This document shows, in pieces, positions 9,982-18,868 of a stretch of 64,000 bases of DNA. The DNA is taken from NCBI GenBank assembly GCA_964607485.1, contig CAZSKP010000025.1, positions 1 through 64,000 on the forward strand. The letters are read 5' to 3'. Position 1 is the first letter of the stretch. Each line of letters opens with the position of its first letter. The DNA is from an uncultured bacterium. Lineage in GTDB: Bacteria; Abyssobacteria; SURF-5. The notes beneath the pieces are model-generated. The model made no database searches, was not told the DNA's origin, and saw only the letters and a list, made by a program, of their open reading frames with translations. Position numbers and translations under genes: made by a program.

Positions 9982-12486
9982 TCAGAAAATCTTCGTCAGC
10001 TCGACGAACAGGAAATTGCTGTCGGACTGTTGCCCTTCCTCGATCTCCCAATTGATCGACATTCTGGTGTCCCAAAAGAAAGGAAACTTCGCCTGAGTCC
10101 TGAAGCTGAATACTTTCTCCTCATCGGAGCCGCCCCGGTATCCGACGAAGAAAGTCAGTTTGTCGTTCATCTTCCAGACGAGGTTCGATAAATAGCTCAG
10201 CCTATCCGTGGTCATGCCGTCGGACTTGCTCTCTACGTAATCCATATCCAGAAATAAGTCGAGCCGACGGCTGATGGCCCACGCGAGATCCATGCTCCCG
10301 AAGATCGTCTCCGAGCTCACATCGTCCAGCCCGGCGAACTTGCTGTCGCTCTTATTATATTCGGCAGTCGTGTTCAATGTCATGTTGGGCCTCGGCACAA
10401 GCCTCAGCCGACCCCGAACTCGTTGGCTGTCCACCGTGCCGTCGGCCTCGAAATCCTTGGACTGGCTGCTCGAAAGCTGCACATTGAGGTCGACGCCCCG
10501 ATATATTTTCATGTCGGTCGTGGCCGAGAACGTGTCCGTTTCCAGCACCTTCTCGTTTTCCTGCTCATTCTGCTGGTTCGAGTAGCTGAGGTCCACTCTG
10601 ACCCTGTCGGTGGGGAGCAGGTTCAGGCTCAGGTTTGTAAACGTGCTGTCCTCGTCGGGGCCGATATTGGTGTTCAGGTTGGCCAGCTGGTACGTCGCCG
10701 ACATGTTTACCCGAGGTATCGGCTGGAGAGAAAGCGTGTGGGTCTGGATGAATTCGTCACGCTTCGACTTCACATCTCCCGCCTCGGTTTCGAAAAGCTC
10801 AAGGTCGAACAGCGATGTAAACGATACCCAGCGATAGGGCTGGAGTCTGACCTGGGTGGTCAATTCGTGGGTAAGAGACGAGACCAGCTCCTCTCCCGTG
10901 TCCTTGTCCTCCTCCTTCGATTTGAAAAACTCGTAGTCCACAGAGGCATAGACTCCCTGAACCAGCTCGCGGGAATAGATGATGTTGAACGAATCCGACA
11001 TCAGATGCGTGCTCCGGCCCCGCTCCTCGCCGCTTATGGAGCCGACCTGGAAGATGAACATGCCGGCGCTCGTGAGCACCTGAAACCTGTCGTTTCCCGT
11101 GTCGGCAACAACGACGTCGTCGGCCGGCGTCAGGGCTATTCCACTGGGGGCATTGAACTCGCCGGGGCCGGTTCCCGAGGCGCCAAATTCATTCAGGAAC
11201 GCCCCCGCCGTGGTGAACACCTGTACCCTGTTGTTTCCCGTATCCGTCACGTACACCCGATTGACGGAATCGAGCGCGACATCCGTGGGAGATTGAAACT
11301 GGCCGGGGCTGGAGCCGAACGAGCCCCACTGAGTCACGAATGCGCCAGCCGTCGTGAACACCTGCACGCGGTGGTTCTGGGTGTCGGCCACGAACACGAG
11401 GCTGCCGTTCGACGCGATTCCCGACGGCGCGGAGAAGTTGCCCGGACCGGAACCGGTGGTGCCGAACGAAAACAAGAAGGCTCCGGCGTCGGTGAACTTC
11501 TGCACGCGGTCGTTCCCCTGGTCTGTCACGTACACGCCCGTGCCGTCAACCGCGACGCCATAGGGAGCGTCGAATTCACCCGCGCCGAGGCCGAACGTGC
11601 CCCATTCGGAGACGAACGTGCCCGTCTGGTCGAACCTCTGCACGCGGTCGTTGTCCGAATCGACCACGTACACAAAACTCGGAGTCACGTCTATCCCCAA
11701 CGGATTCCTGAACTGGCCCTCGCCGCTTCCGAAGCTGCCGAATTCTCCCAGAAACGCTCCCGAAGAGCTGAACCTGAAGACACGGTTCGCCGTTGAATCC
11801 GTCGCGTAAATGACCCCCGCGGAATCCACGGCGACGCCCCTGACATTCTGCAGGGTCGTGGTGGTGAGCGTGGAGAGGTTGTTATCGAATTCCGTTTCCC
11901 GATGCGAATACCTTACGGACAGCGGCCCATTATCGTACGTCGAGCGTATTCCCCAGTTGGTCTCGACGAAATCGGTCTGCGGCTCCTCCGCATCGTCTTC
12001 GGTTGAGATCCTTGAGAAATCCACCGTAAGGTCGGGATAGTCAGGGTCGGGCTCATAGTAGAAATTCGAGAAGAGAGTGTTGGACGTCAGGGTAAGGCCG
12101 CCTTCCTCGAGGTCTTTCTGTTTGAACTCTCGATATTCCACCAGCCATCGGTATTCCGGCCCCCTCAGGTTGAATCCGGCCAGCGGCCTGAGTTCCTCGG
12201 AGTCGGGGTTGTTTTGCTCCTCTCGGGAGAACTGAAAATAGAGGTCCAACAAATCCACGTTGCTCAGGGCCGTGCTCCAATTCAGGCGAAACCTCTGTTC
12301 AAAAGAGGAGAAGACCTCGCCGTCTTCTTCCTGTCTAAGGTAGTTCACGGTCGCCGATCCGCTCATTTCGCCGGCCCGCACGCTCACCGACCACAACAAC
12401 AATGCGCCGGTTACGAGCAAGAGCCGGCCTGCTCCTATGCATGAGGAAGACAGTTTACGCGGTTGCACATTCGATTTCTGGTTCAC
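9982..12486 (-). CDS. Outer-membrane beta-barrel with an inserted six-bladed NHL propeller
   Basis: Signal peptide, alternating amphipathic beta strands on both sides of six NHL repeats, C-terminal Phe ('FVELTKIF'). Confidence 0.8.
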   Translation of the reverse strand: MNQKSNVQPRKLSSSCIGAGRLLLVTGALLLWSVSVRAGEMSGSATVNYLRQEEDGEVFSSFEQRFRLNWSTALSNVDLLDLYFQFSREEQNNPDSEELRPLAGFNLRGPEYRWLVEYREFKQKDLEEGGLTLTSNTLFSNFYYEPDPDYPDLTVDFSRISTEDDAEEPQTDFVETNWGIRSTYDNGPLSVRYSHRETEFDNNLSTLTTTTLQNVRGVAVDSAGVIYATDSTANRVFRFSSSGAFLGEFGSFGSGEGQFRNPLGIDVTPSFVYVVDSDNDRVQRFDQTGTFVSEWGTFGLGAGEFDAPYGVAVDGTGVYVTDQGNDRVQKFTDAGAFLFSFGTTGSGPGNFSAPSGIASNGSLVFVADTQNHRVQVFTTAGAFVTQWGSFGSSPGQFQSPTDVALDSVNRVYVTDTGNNRVQVFTTAGAFLNEFGASGTGPGEFNAPSGIALTPADDVVVADTGNDRFQVLTSAGMFIFQVGSISGEERGRSTHLMSDSFNIIYSRELVQGVYASVDYEFFKSKEEDKDTGEELVSSLTHELTTQVRLQPYRWVSFTSLFDLELFETEAGDVKSKRDEFIQTHTLSLQPIPRVNMSATYQLANLNTNIGPDEDSTFTNLSLNLLPTDRVRVDLSYSNQQNEQENEKVLETDTFSATTDMKIYRGVDLNVQLSSSQSKDFEADGTVDSQRVRGRLRLVPRPNMTLNTTAEYNKSDSKFAGLDDVSSETIFGSMDLAWAISRRLDLFLDMDYVESKSDGMTTDRLSYLSNLVWKMNDKLTFFVGYRGGSDEEKVFSFRTQAKFPFFWDTRMSINWEIEEGQQSDSNFLFVELTKIF

Positions 12487-12527
12487 TTACCCTTCGCACA
12501 GCGCTTCCGCCCCCGCGCTCGAAAATA

Positions 12528-14012
12528 CTAATTATGACAAGCCACGTTGCAGTCGCCTTCATCCCAATCTCCGCTCGGCCCCCAGTTCGGGATATCGCTC
12601 TCCAACAACAATACCGTGCCGCCCCGGAGCCTGGCCGGGTCGCTCGTGGTCACGAGCAACGCCCGCCGGTTGATTCCATGCGGAATCTTGTCATGGCAGT
12701 CCATACACCCGATTGGCCGGTTCGCGACGACATTGTCCTGCTGAGAGTGAAATCCATGCAGGTTTCTAGTCCCGCCGTCCGAGGAAAAACCCGTGTTGCG
12801 ATTATCGTTTGCCTGCGCGTAGGTCGAAAAATCGTGGCACAGGAAGCAGAGGTGTCCGCTCGTGTCCTGCGTGGGCTGACCGGTTGTCACATCCCACGTA
12901 GCCTTCAACAGAAACTGAAGTTGGGAACCGTGGGGGCCTTCGGGGTCGCGCTCGACGTCGCTGCCGTGACAGTCGGAGCAGTACATCTGAGAGTCCCATC
13001 TCCAGCCGTTCACGAATTCGCCCCGGCCGTCGAGGTTGGGCGTCTGGATGACGTTGTGCGAACTCTCGTTGTTGGGGTTGAACTCGATCGACTGGTCCGT
13101 CTCCTGGCCTCCTCCCAGAGGCAACAGAGGCGGAAACGATCCATAGGCCCAGTATGAATGACACTTGAAACAAAGCTGATATTCGAATTGAATGTCGAAG
13201 GTCTGGTCCTTCGGCTCAAACGTCGGGAACGTGTCGGGCATGCCTCCATAGTTGGCCACGACGAAACTCGAGCCCATAAGCACGCCCGATGCCTGGTTTG
13301 TGCCCTGAACGTGAAGGTCCCCGGTGTGTACGTGCACGTTGTGGCAATCGACGCACTCGACATGTCGGCCCTGACCGGAAAAATTCGAGGAAATCATCTC
13401 TTCTCCCGCCCTGTGACGCCCGGCCATCTGGCGGTTGTCTATCTGGTGGGTAAATTGGTAAGTCAACTGCGTCTGGATGTCCTTCTGAGCGGGACCGGCC
13501 ACCCTGTGGCATCCCAGACACAAGTCTTCCTCCCGCCTGAACAAAAGCGAAGGCATCAGCCCCTCCGCGTCGCCCCAGCCGTGCGGCGTGTGACAGTTGA
13601 CGCACTTCCCCTTGGCTTCCGGCTCCATCCGGGCCGGAGGCTCCGGGCCAGGCCATCGCACCAGAAAGTCATTCTTGTGAATGGAGCGCTCGTACACGGA
13701 CGAGTCGCGATATGTCTCCTTCGGGCTTTCACCCGAGTGGCAGGTGAAGCACAACTGGTTGGTATCCTCCATCCAGAGCGCAAAATCGGTGGCGGCGCCG
13801 GGCGTTCCGTGCATCGAATGGCAATGCTCGCAGTCGCCCGGCGGAAGCGACGGGTCGCGCTTCACCCCTGTCGTCGGGTCTCCATGCAGCGTAGATGTGT
13901 ACAGTCCACCGCGCGCCCATCCGACGGATGCAACGCGCAAGGTAAGAATCGAGAGCGCGGCCAGCGCTGCGGCGACCATTACGATTTTCTTGACTGTCTG
14001 TCTCTTAGTCAT
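12528..14012 (-). CDS. Multiheme cytochrome c (9 CXXCH plus terminal CX3CH)
   Basis: CEHCH, CFTCH, CVNCH, CLGCH, CVDCH, CFKCH, CSDCH, CFLCH, CMDCH, CNVACH; signal peptide. Confidence 0.9.
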   Translation of the reverse strand: MTKRQTVKKIVMVAAALAALSILTLRVASVGWARGGLYTSTLHGDPTTGVKRDPSLPPGDCEHCHSMHGTPGAATDFALWMEDTNQLCFTCHSGESPKETYRDSSVYERSIHKNDFLVRWPGPEPPARMEPEAKGKCVNCHTPHGWGDAEGLMPSLLFRREEDLCLGCHRVAGPAQKDIQTQLTYQFTHQIDNRQMAGRHRAGEEMISSNFSGQGRHVECVDCHNVHVHTGDLHVQGTNQASGVLMGSSFVVANYGGMPDTFPTFEPKDQTFDIQFEYQLCFKCHSYWAYGSFPPLLPLGGGQETDQSIEFNPNNESSHNVIQTPNLDGRGEFVNGWRWDSQMYCSDCHGSDVERDPEGPHGSQLQFLLKATWDVTTGQPTQDTSGHLCFLCHDFSTYAQANDNRNTGFSSDGGTRNLHGFHSQQDNVVANRPIGCMDCHDKIPHGINRRALLVTTSDPARLRGGTVLLLESDIPNWGPSGDWDEGDCNVACHN

Positions 14013-14021
14013 TACGGAAGC

Positions 14022-15107
14022 TCACTCGTTGTGACACTGTTGACAGGGCGCATACGCGTCGGCGACGTTTCCGGGTGTTTTGAAAGGCCACGTCGCGCCG
14101 GCGCCATAGGGACCTCCGTGGGCGAAATGGCAGCTTTCGCAGAAGACCTCATTGCTTGCGGAAACCGCCCTGGCGGTCTCGAGGCTCGTCGCCGAAGGGT
14201 TCTGAAAGCGAACCCTCGGCATACCCGGCGTCGCGTCGCCCGTCGCCAGCCCAAAGCCGGCCCCCTCGCCGCCCAGCCAGTGCTGGAGGTCGACATGCGA
14301 GCCGCCGATTCCCATGCTGACATCCGCCGGATGCGCCTGGAAATGAGCGGGAAGCGTTCCCGCCTGCGTGGGGAGCAGCCCGTCGTGACATTCGGCGCAC
14401 CACTCTGACATCCTCGAACGATAGGCCACGTTGGAAATCCTGTATGCCTCCGCCGGATTGGTCCCGTCGGGATGGACCTCCTCGAACACGTCGTCGGTCG
14501 GAAGCTCCGGGTCGTGGTGGGCCAAGGGCGTGCCCGCTCCGGCGCCCGGACGGCTCTTGAGGTTCCTGTAGTACTGATTTCCGTGAGGGTCGTGGCAGCT
14601 CGTGCACTTGAGCACCGCAGGCGCCATTTCGCTGAAGGGAACCTCTGCGGGGAACACTCCGAGGTCGTGGCCCTTTTCGCTCTCGCTGCCTCCACTGTAC
14701 TCGAAGTATCCACCGGCGGAGAATTCGTCGGGCCCATAGGGTGTCGAAACAGGCGCCAACACGTCGGCCGCATCGACATCGGAGCCGTCGTGACAACTCA
14801 GGCACAGCTTGGTCGGAGACGAGAAGAGGAGAAGCTTCTCGAACGGGCCCCCCGGCTCCGCCCCGACGGGAGGCCTGCCATGCTGGCTGAAGTGGGCCGT
14901 GTGGCACTTCGAGCACACCTGTCCCTCGATGTGAAACTCGCCTGCAAGGGTCGTGCCCGCGGAGGCCGAGAACAGAAGCGCGAACAGCAGCGCCAGCTTC
15001 CCGAACCTTCCGAGAAGGCGATTACCTCTGCAACATCTTGAAGGCCTGAAGCCTCGAGGCCCCTTTTTCGAGAACATAGAGAGTCCTCTCGCCGAAGGCA
15101 ATATCAA
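14022..15107 (-). CDS. OmcS/OmcT-like hexaheme cytochrome c (second copy)
   Basis: Mature start 'FHIEGQVCSKCHTAH', six CXXCH, 'CTSCHDPHGNQYYRNL', 'MSEWCAECH'. True start uncertain because the ORF overlaps the upstream NHL gene. Confidence 0.8.
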   Translation of the reverse strand: MILPSARGLSMFSKKGPRGFRPSRCCRGNRLLGRFGKLALLFALLFSASAGTTLAGEFHIEGQVCSKCHTAHFSQHGRPPVGAEPGGPFEKLLLFSSPTKLCLSCHDGSDVDAADVLAPVSTPYGPDEFSAGGYFEYSGGSESEKGHDLGVFPAEVPFSEMAPAVLKCTSCHDPHGNQYYRNLKSRPGAGAGTPLAHHDPELPTDDVFEEVHPDGTNPAEAYRISNVAYRSRMSEWCAECHDGLLPTQAGTLPAHFQAHPADVSMGIGGSHVDLQHWLGGEGAGFGLATGDATPGMPRVRFQNPSATSLETARAVSASNEVFCESCHFAHGGPYGAGATWPFKTPGNVADAYAPCQQCHNE

Positions 15108-15945
15108 TCGGGTAGAAAAGCTCGCCGTCGCCCATTCCCGTCCTGCCCCATCGAAAAAGAAAGTTTCCGTCGAGGCTGAAGACTTTCAGGTCCTGCTTGA
15201 AGCTATCGACTATCCAAAGGTTCCCGTCGGGCCCAATCGCCGCCCCGGTGGGAAAAGAAAACTCCGAATCCTTTGGGCCGTGCCTTCCAAAACTTCTCAG
15301 ATGAGAACCGTCGCGGTCGAATACATTGACGGCCAGCCCCTCGGAGCTCAGGATGTACACGTTTCCCTCTGCATCCACCGTCACGTCCTGAACCTTCCAT
15401 TTCGGCGTCCCGTCAGCGGGCGTCTGTGCTATTCGCCGCACTGCATTGTCCGGCCTGGAAACGATGAAGACCGTGGGAGTCGCTCTGTCCGCGACGTATA
15501 TCTGGCCGGCGGGCCCGGAGCAGATTCGCCCCGGCGACGGAGGCGTGTCGCCCAAGGGCTCAAGCAGTATCGGTGGAAAGCGATTCCCAAGAATATCCAG
15601 CCGCATGACCTGCGGCCTGTCCATTTCCGTGAAGTATATTTCCTCATCCTCGCCGGCGGCGACGCCGACCGGGCTTCGGATACCGGCGAGCCGGCCGATA
15701 CTCTTTATGAGCACGCCATCCCTGTTGAAGACACGAATCTGATGATTGCCCGTGTCTGCGACCAGAATGTCTCCCGACGACTTGGAGATATCCAGCCCGA
15801 GCGGGTCGCGCAGGCTGGTTCCGTCGGCCAGACGGGAGACCGAGAAAACAAACCTGAGATTTCCATCGAGAGAATAGGAAGGAGAGTTGTAGAACAACAA
15901 CAGAGAGGTTATGAGCAGGCCGCCTATTTGAACGCGTTTGTTCAT
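15022..15945 (-). CDS. Exported NHL-repeat beta-propeller protein
   Basis: Signal peptide; repeats 'DPLGLDI..DILVADTGNHQIRVF', 'FSFPTGAAI', 'LFYPIDIA'; GAGG RBS. Confidence 0.88.
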   Translation of the reverse strand: MNKRVQIGGLLITSLLLFYNSPSYSLDGNLRFVFSVSRLADGTSLRDPLGLDISKSSGDILVADTGNHQIRVFNRDGVLIKSIGRLAGIRSPVGVAAGEDEEIYFTEMDRPQVMRLDILGNRFPPILLEPLGDTPPSPGRICSGPAGQIYVADRATPTVFIVSRPDNAVRRIAQTPADGTPKWKVQDVTVDAEGNVYILSSEGLAVNVFDRDGSHLRSFGRHGPKDSEFSFPTGAAIGPDGNLWIVDSFKQDLKVFSLDGNFLFRWGRTGMGDGELFYPIDIAFGERTLYVLEKGASRLQAFKMLQR

Positions 15946-16085
15946 ACCTCTCGGACACCGTGTCGGCCGATGGAATCCGGCAATGTCAACTCAAATTGTA
16001 CCAACTATATTAGCAATGTTTTCGGTCAAAAGCAATCGAAAACGAGCATTCTGAAGGTGCCAGATTCTTGCATCAGCGTCAAGCG

Positions 16086-16130
16086 AAAAAATCGAAGGAG
16101 GCGCTCCCTCGTTCAGGAAGCGCCTCCTCC
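16086..16130 (-). terminator. Intrinsic terminator downstream of the OmcS-like gene
   Basis: GGAGGAGGCGCTTCC-N7-GGGAGCGCCTCCTTC followed by GATTTTTT on the minus strand. Confidence 0.65.
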
Positions 16131-16253
16131 CCTCTTTGCTCCTTCGCTTCACCGCTCGACGAAGCGGTGATCGCACATCCGTCTCACAGTGTCAGCAAGG
16201 AGTTACACATTTACTCCGCTGGCGCATGGCCAGCCCAACAATAGCAAACAACT

Positions 16254-17351
16254 TTACGGCACGACCGGCGCTGCTACCACGATCTCGTCGCCGGCGTCCT
16301 GTGCGTGACACTTGTTGCACAGACTCCTCTGGTTCAACATATCCAGCGGAGCGCCGTCATAAGTGCTGATGTACGGCTCCGTTGCAGGATCCGGATGACC
16401 CTCTTCGAGCAATGTCGCTGCGAAATCCCAACGGCCCGCGTCCGGATAAGGAGACGCATGGGCACGGTGACAGGTCAGGCACATGACTTTGCTGGCCGCC
16501 GTCGGACCTGTCGTGCTGGTGGTCGTGTTCGCAGCATCCTCGAACGGAACGAGCGGCAGGTAGGCCGTTCCCTGAGAACCGCCGGTCATATCGCTTGTGG
16601 TCACATACGCGTTGTAGTTACCCGCGAGCGTGGAACCGAGGCTCTCATCCGTCGGGTGCACGAGGTTGGCACTCATGCCGGAATGCATATCCGTGTGGCA
16701 GTTCGCGCACCAGTCGCTCATGCCACTGATGTAAGCGGTGTGGTTACCGATATACTCCTCGCCGGAATCTCCCGGGTTGGTTTTCCGCGAATTCCCTATG
16801 GCTATCGGCGCAGCCTCGGTGAAGCTGTAGCCGGCGGCCGGATAGTTCGCGGCCGTCTCACCTGCACCGTACAGCATCCGGAAATTCGTGTTGCCGTGCG
16901 GGTCATGGCACGAGTTACAGCCCAGGTACGTGGAATCGTACGTTCCGCCCGGCGCTTCGGTGAGCACGTCGTCCTCGACCAAGCCATGGCCGGGAGCATC
17001 AAGGTTGTGGCCGTGTTCACGACCCTGAACGGTAACGTCGCCGTGATGCCCTGCCCACGTGATGTCCTGAGTCAGCCAGTAGAAGTCGCCGCCGGGACCG
17101 CGTCCCAGGCCGGTGGCGAGCTGGCCGTAATCAGCGTGACAGCTCAGGCAGGTGTCGCTGGGTGTTGCGTCGACCAGCAGGTAAGCGTTGCCGGTCGGCG
17201 AGTCTGCGTCTACCGGCGCGCCGTCCTGGCTGTTGTGCATGGTATGGCATCCGCTGCAGCGAGCCACACCAGCATCGTGGAACGCCATGGCCGCCGTGGA
17301 GTAACCCGCCACAAACAGAAGGGCTACTACTAGTACAATCGCCTTTTTCAT
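16254..17351 (-). CDS. omcS: OmcS-like hexaheme cytochrome c (candidate nanowire subunit)
   Basis: Signal MKKAIV..AAMA, then 'FHDAGVARCSGCHTMHNS'; 'PGGDFYWL', 'GHNL', 'CNSCHDPHG', 'MSDWCANCH', 'VMCLTCHRAHAS', 'QRSLCNKCHAQD'; six CXXCH; GGAGG RBS. Symbol is by family resemblance, orthology not tested. Confidence 0.85.
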   Translation of the reverse strand: MKKAIVLVVALLFVAGYSTAAMAFHDAGVARCSGCHTMHNSQDGAPVDADSPTGNAYLLVDATPSDTCLSCHADYGQLATGLGRGPGGDFYWLTQDITWAGHHGDVTVQGREHGHNLDAPGHGLVEDDVLTEAPGGTYDSTYLGCNSCHDPHGNTNFRMLYGAGETAANYPAAGYSFTEAAPIAIGNSRKTNPGDSGEEYIGNHTAYISGMSDWCANCHTDMHSGMSANLVHPTDESLGSTLAGNYNAYVTTSDMTGGSQGTAYLPLVPFEDAANTTTSTTGPTAASKVMCLTCHRAHASPYPDAGRWDFAATLLEEGHPDPATEPYISTYDGAPLDMLNQRSLCNKCHAQDAGDEIVVAAPVVP

Positions 17352-17410
17352 CAGTTCACCTCCTTCCATTTTCGAATGTTTCAGGTTTCCTCTTTGTGCC
17401 CCAGAAGCTC

Positions 17411-18478
17411 TCATTCAAATTCCTCCTTTACCTTGAGAACCTGTACCTTGTTTCCGAATCGTTGTGAAACATAAATCCTTCCGTACCTGTCAATCTCTAG
17501 ACTGCTCGGGTAGAAAAACCAGCCGGGGCGTGAGCCCATACCGCCGAATTCGGTCAGGTAGCGGCCTTCCCCGTCATAGACCGATATGCAATGCCTCAGC
17601 TTATCGAGCACGAAAAGGTGGCCGTGTCTGTCGATGGCGACATCCACCGGAAACGCCAGCTTGCCCGGCCCACCGCCCTGGATGCCGAAGCCCATGACCT
17701 GCTCCCCCTCGGTGTTGAACACGTAAACTCTCCCGAGGGTGCTGACGGGCAGGTACAGCCTGTCTTCCTTATCCACGGTCAAGTTGCCGAATACGACTTC
17801 TTTCCGATCTTTCTCGTCCATCTCGGGCATGATTTTGAAACGAAACTGCCCCTCGCTGTCGAAGACGAGGATGCAGCCGGTTGTCGGATTGGACAGGTAG
17901 ATGTTGTCCTGGGAATCCATAGCCATTCCCACCGGGGCGCAAGTCTCGCCGTCGGGCAAACCCTTCAGCTCCAGCTGTGACAACCCTTTCCCCCGATAAT
18001 CGAAGATGTCTATCTGTCTGCCCCCAAAATTGTTTTCGAGCACGTATATGTCGCCCCGGCTGTTCACCACAACGTCGAGCGGATTTCTCAGGATGCCGTT
18101 GTGGCCGAACTGGAATATCTGCATTCCCTCTTTGCCAAAGATGCGAACGCAGCGGTTTCCCGTGTCCGCAATGTAGACCTCATTATTCCCGTTGTCGCAA
18201 AACACGCCGTTCTGCCGTTGAAAATGCGAATCCTTCGTCGTGCCCTGCAGGTCATAAAGATACGTAGCCTGGATGTTCAGCCCTGCATATGCAGGTATGG
18301 CTATCAGTGAAAAGATGAGAAAACCGAGGGCTGATGCAACGACGGGTGTTTTCACGAAACGGGGGCAGTACGCCTCCTCTTGGGCTGCCGAATCAGGGGC
18401 AACATCTTGAGTAGCAGTCTTTCTCAAGTGCGATATCATGTTTCTGACTGAAATCTTCACGGTCAACATTTCCTTCAC
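17411..18478 (-). CDS. Exported NHL-repeat beta-propeller protein
   Basis: Hydrophobic signal ending 'PAYA'; NHL repeats 'EVYIADTGNRCVRIF', 'LAFPVDVAID', 'FFYPSSLEID'. Start uncertain. Confidence 0.88.
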   Translation of the reverse strand: MKEMLTVKISVRNMISHLRKTATQDVAPDSAAQEEAYCPRFVKTPVVASALGFLIFSLIAIPAYAGLNIQATYLYDLQGTTKDSHFQRQNGVFCDNGNNEVYIADTGNRCVRIFGKEGMQIFQFGHNGILRNPLDVVVNSRGDIYVLENNFGGRQIDIFDYRGKGLSQLELKGLPDGETCAPVGMAMDSQDNIYLSNPTTGCILVFDSEGQFRFKIMPEMDEKDRKEVVFGNLTVDKEDRLYLPVSTLGRVYVFNTEGEQVMGFGIQGGGPGKLAFPVDVAIDRHGHLFVLDKLRHCISVYDGEGRYLTEFGGMGSRPGWFFYPSSLEIDRYGRIYVSQRFGNKVQVLKVKEEFE

Positions 18479-18502
18479 GGCGTATTTCGTCCCTCTATAT
18501 GG

Positions 18503-18517
18503 GCAACACCCATGCCA
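18503..18517 (-). promoter_or_regulatory. sigma54 (-24/-12) promoter for the NHL-omcS unit
   Basis: TGGCATGGGTGTTGC, near-consensus GG-N10-GC. Confidence 0.75.
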
Positions 18518-18758
18518 TTCTCACCTTCGTCATCGAAGCGGGGAAGATATTTCCCAATCATATATCCTTCAGACGAATTCGGGCGGTCGCTTGTAAAGCT
18601 GTAAGATGCTTATTGTAAAGGGGTTATGCATCTATACAAAAACGTAAGGACGGTAACCCGCACGGTGCTGAATTTCTGGGGGAATCCGACGAAGAACTGA
18701 ATGTTAAAAAAATCCTCTTTGGGGAGCTTCCCGTGGGCGGCTGTTCGGTGGAAAAAGC

Positions 18759-18789
18759 GTGAAATAACCCACTTCGATGGTTATTTCAC
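18759..18789. promoter_or_regulatory. Perfect 11-bp inverted repeat, candidate bEBP enhancer
   Basis: GTGAAATAACC-N9-GGTTATTTCAC, about 240 bp upstream of the sigma54 site. Confidence 0.55.
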
Positions 18790-18868
18790 CCATTCCGCCG
18801 ATTTCGGACGATTGTGGCGGGCGTCTTTGATTTCAAAGGGAAAAAGATAGCTCTAAGTAAAATAAGCG

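Noticed and set aside
11010-11880. Regularly spaced DNA repeats suggesting CRISPR
   Set aside because: They are in-frame NHL protein repeats; the cytochrome repeats are likewise coding.
16046-16062. TGGCAC as a fourth sigma54 promoter
   Set aside because: The GC is not at the required GG-N10-GC spacing.
18480-18868. GEMM-I cyclic dinucleotide riboswitch upstream of the omcS-like unit, as in Geobacter
   Set aside because: I could not find the GGCAAA/GAAA/GACGCAAAGCC core; a sigma54 promoter close to the gene explains the region.
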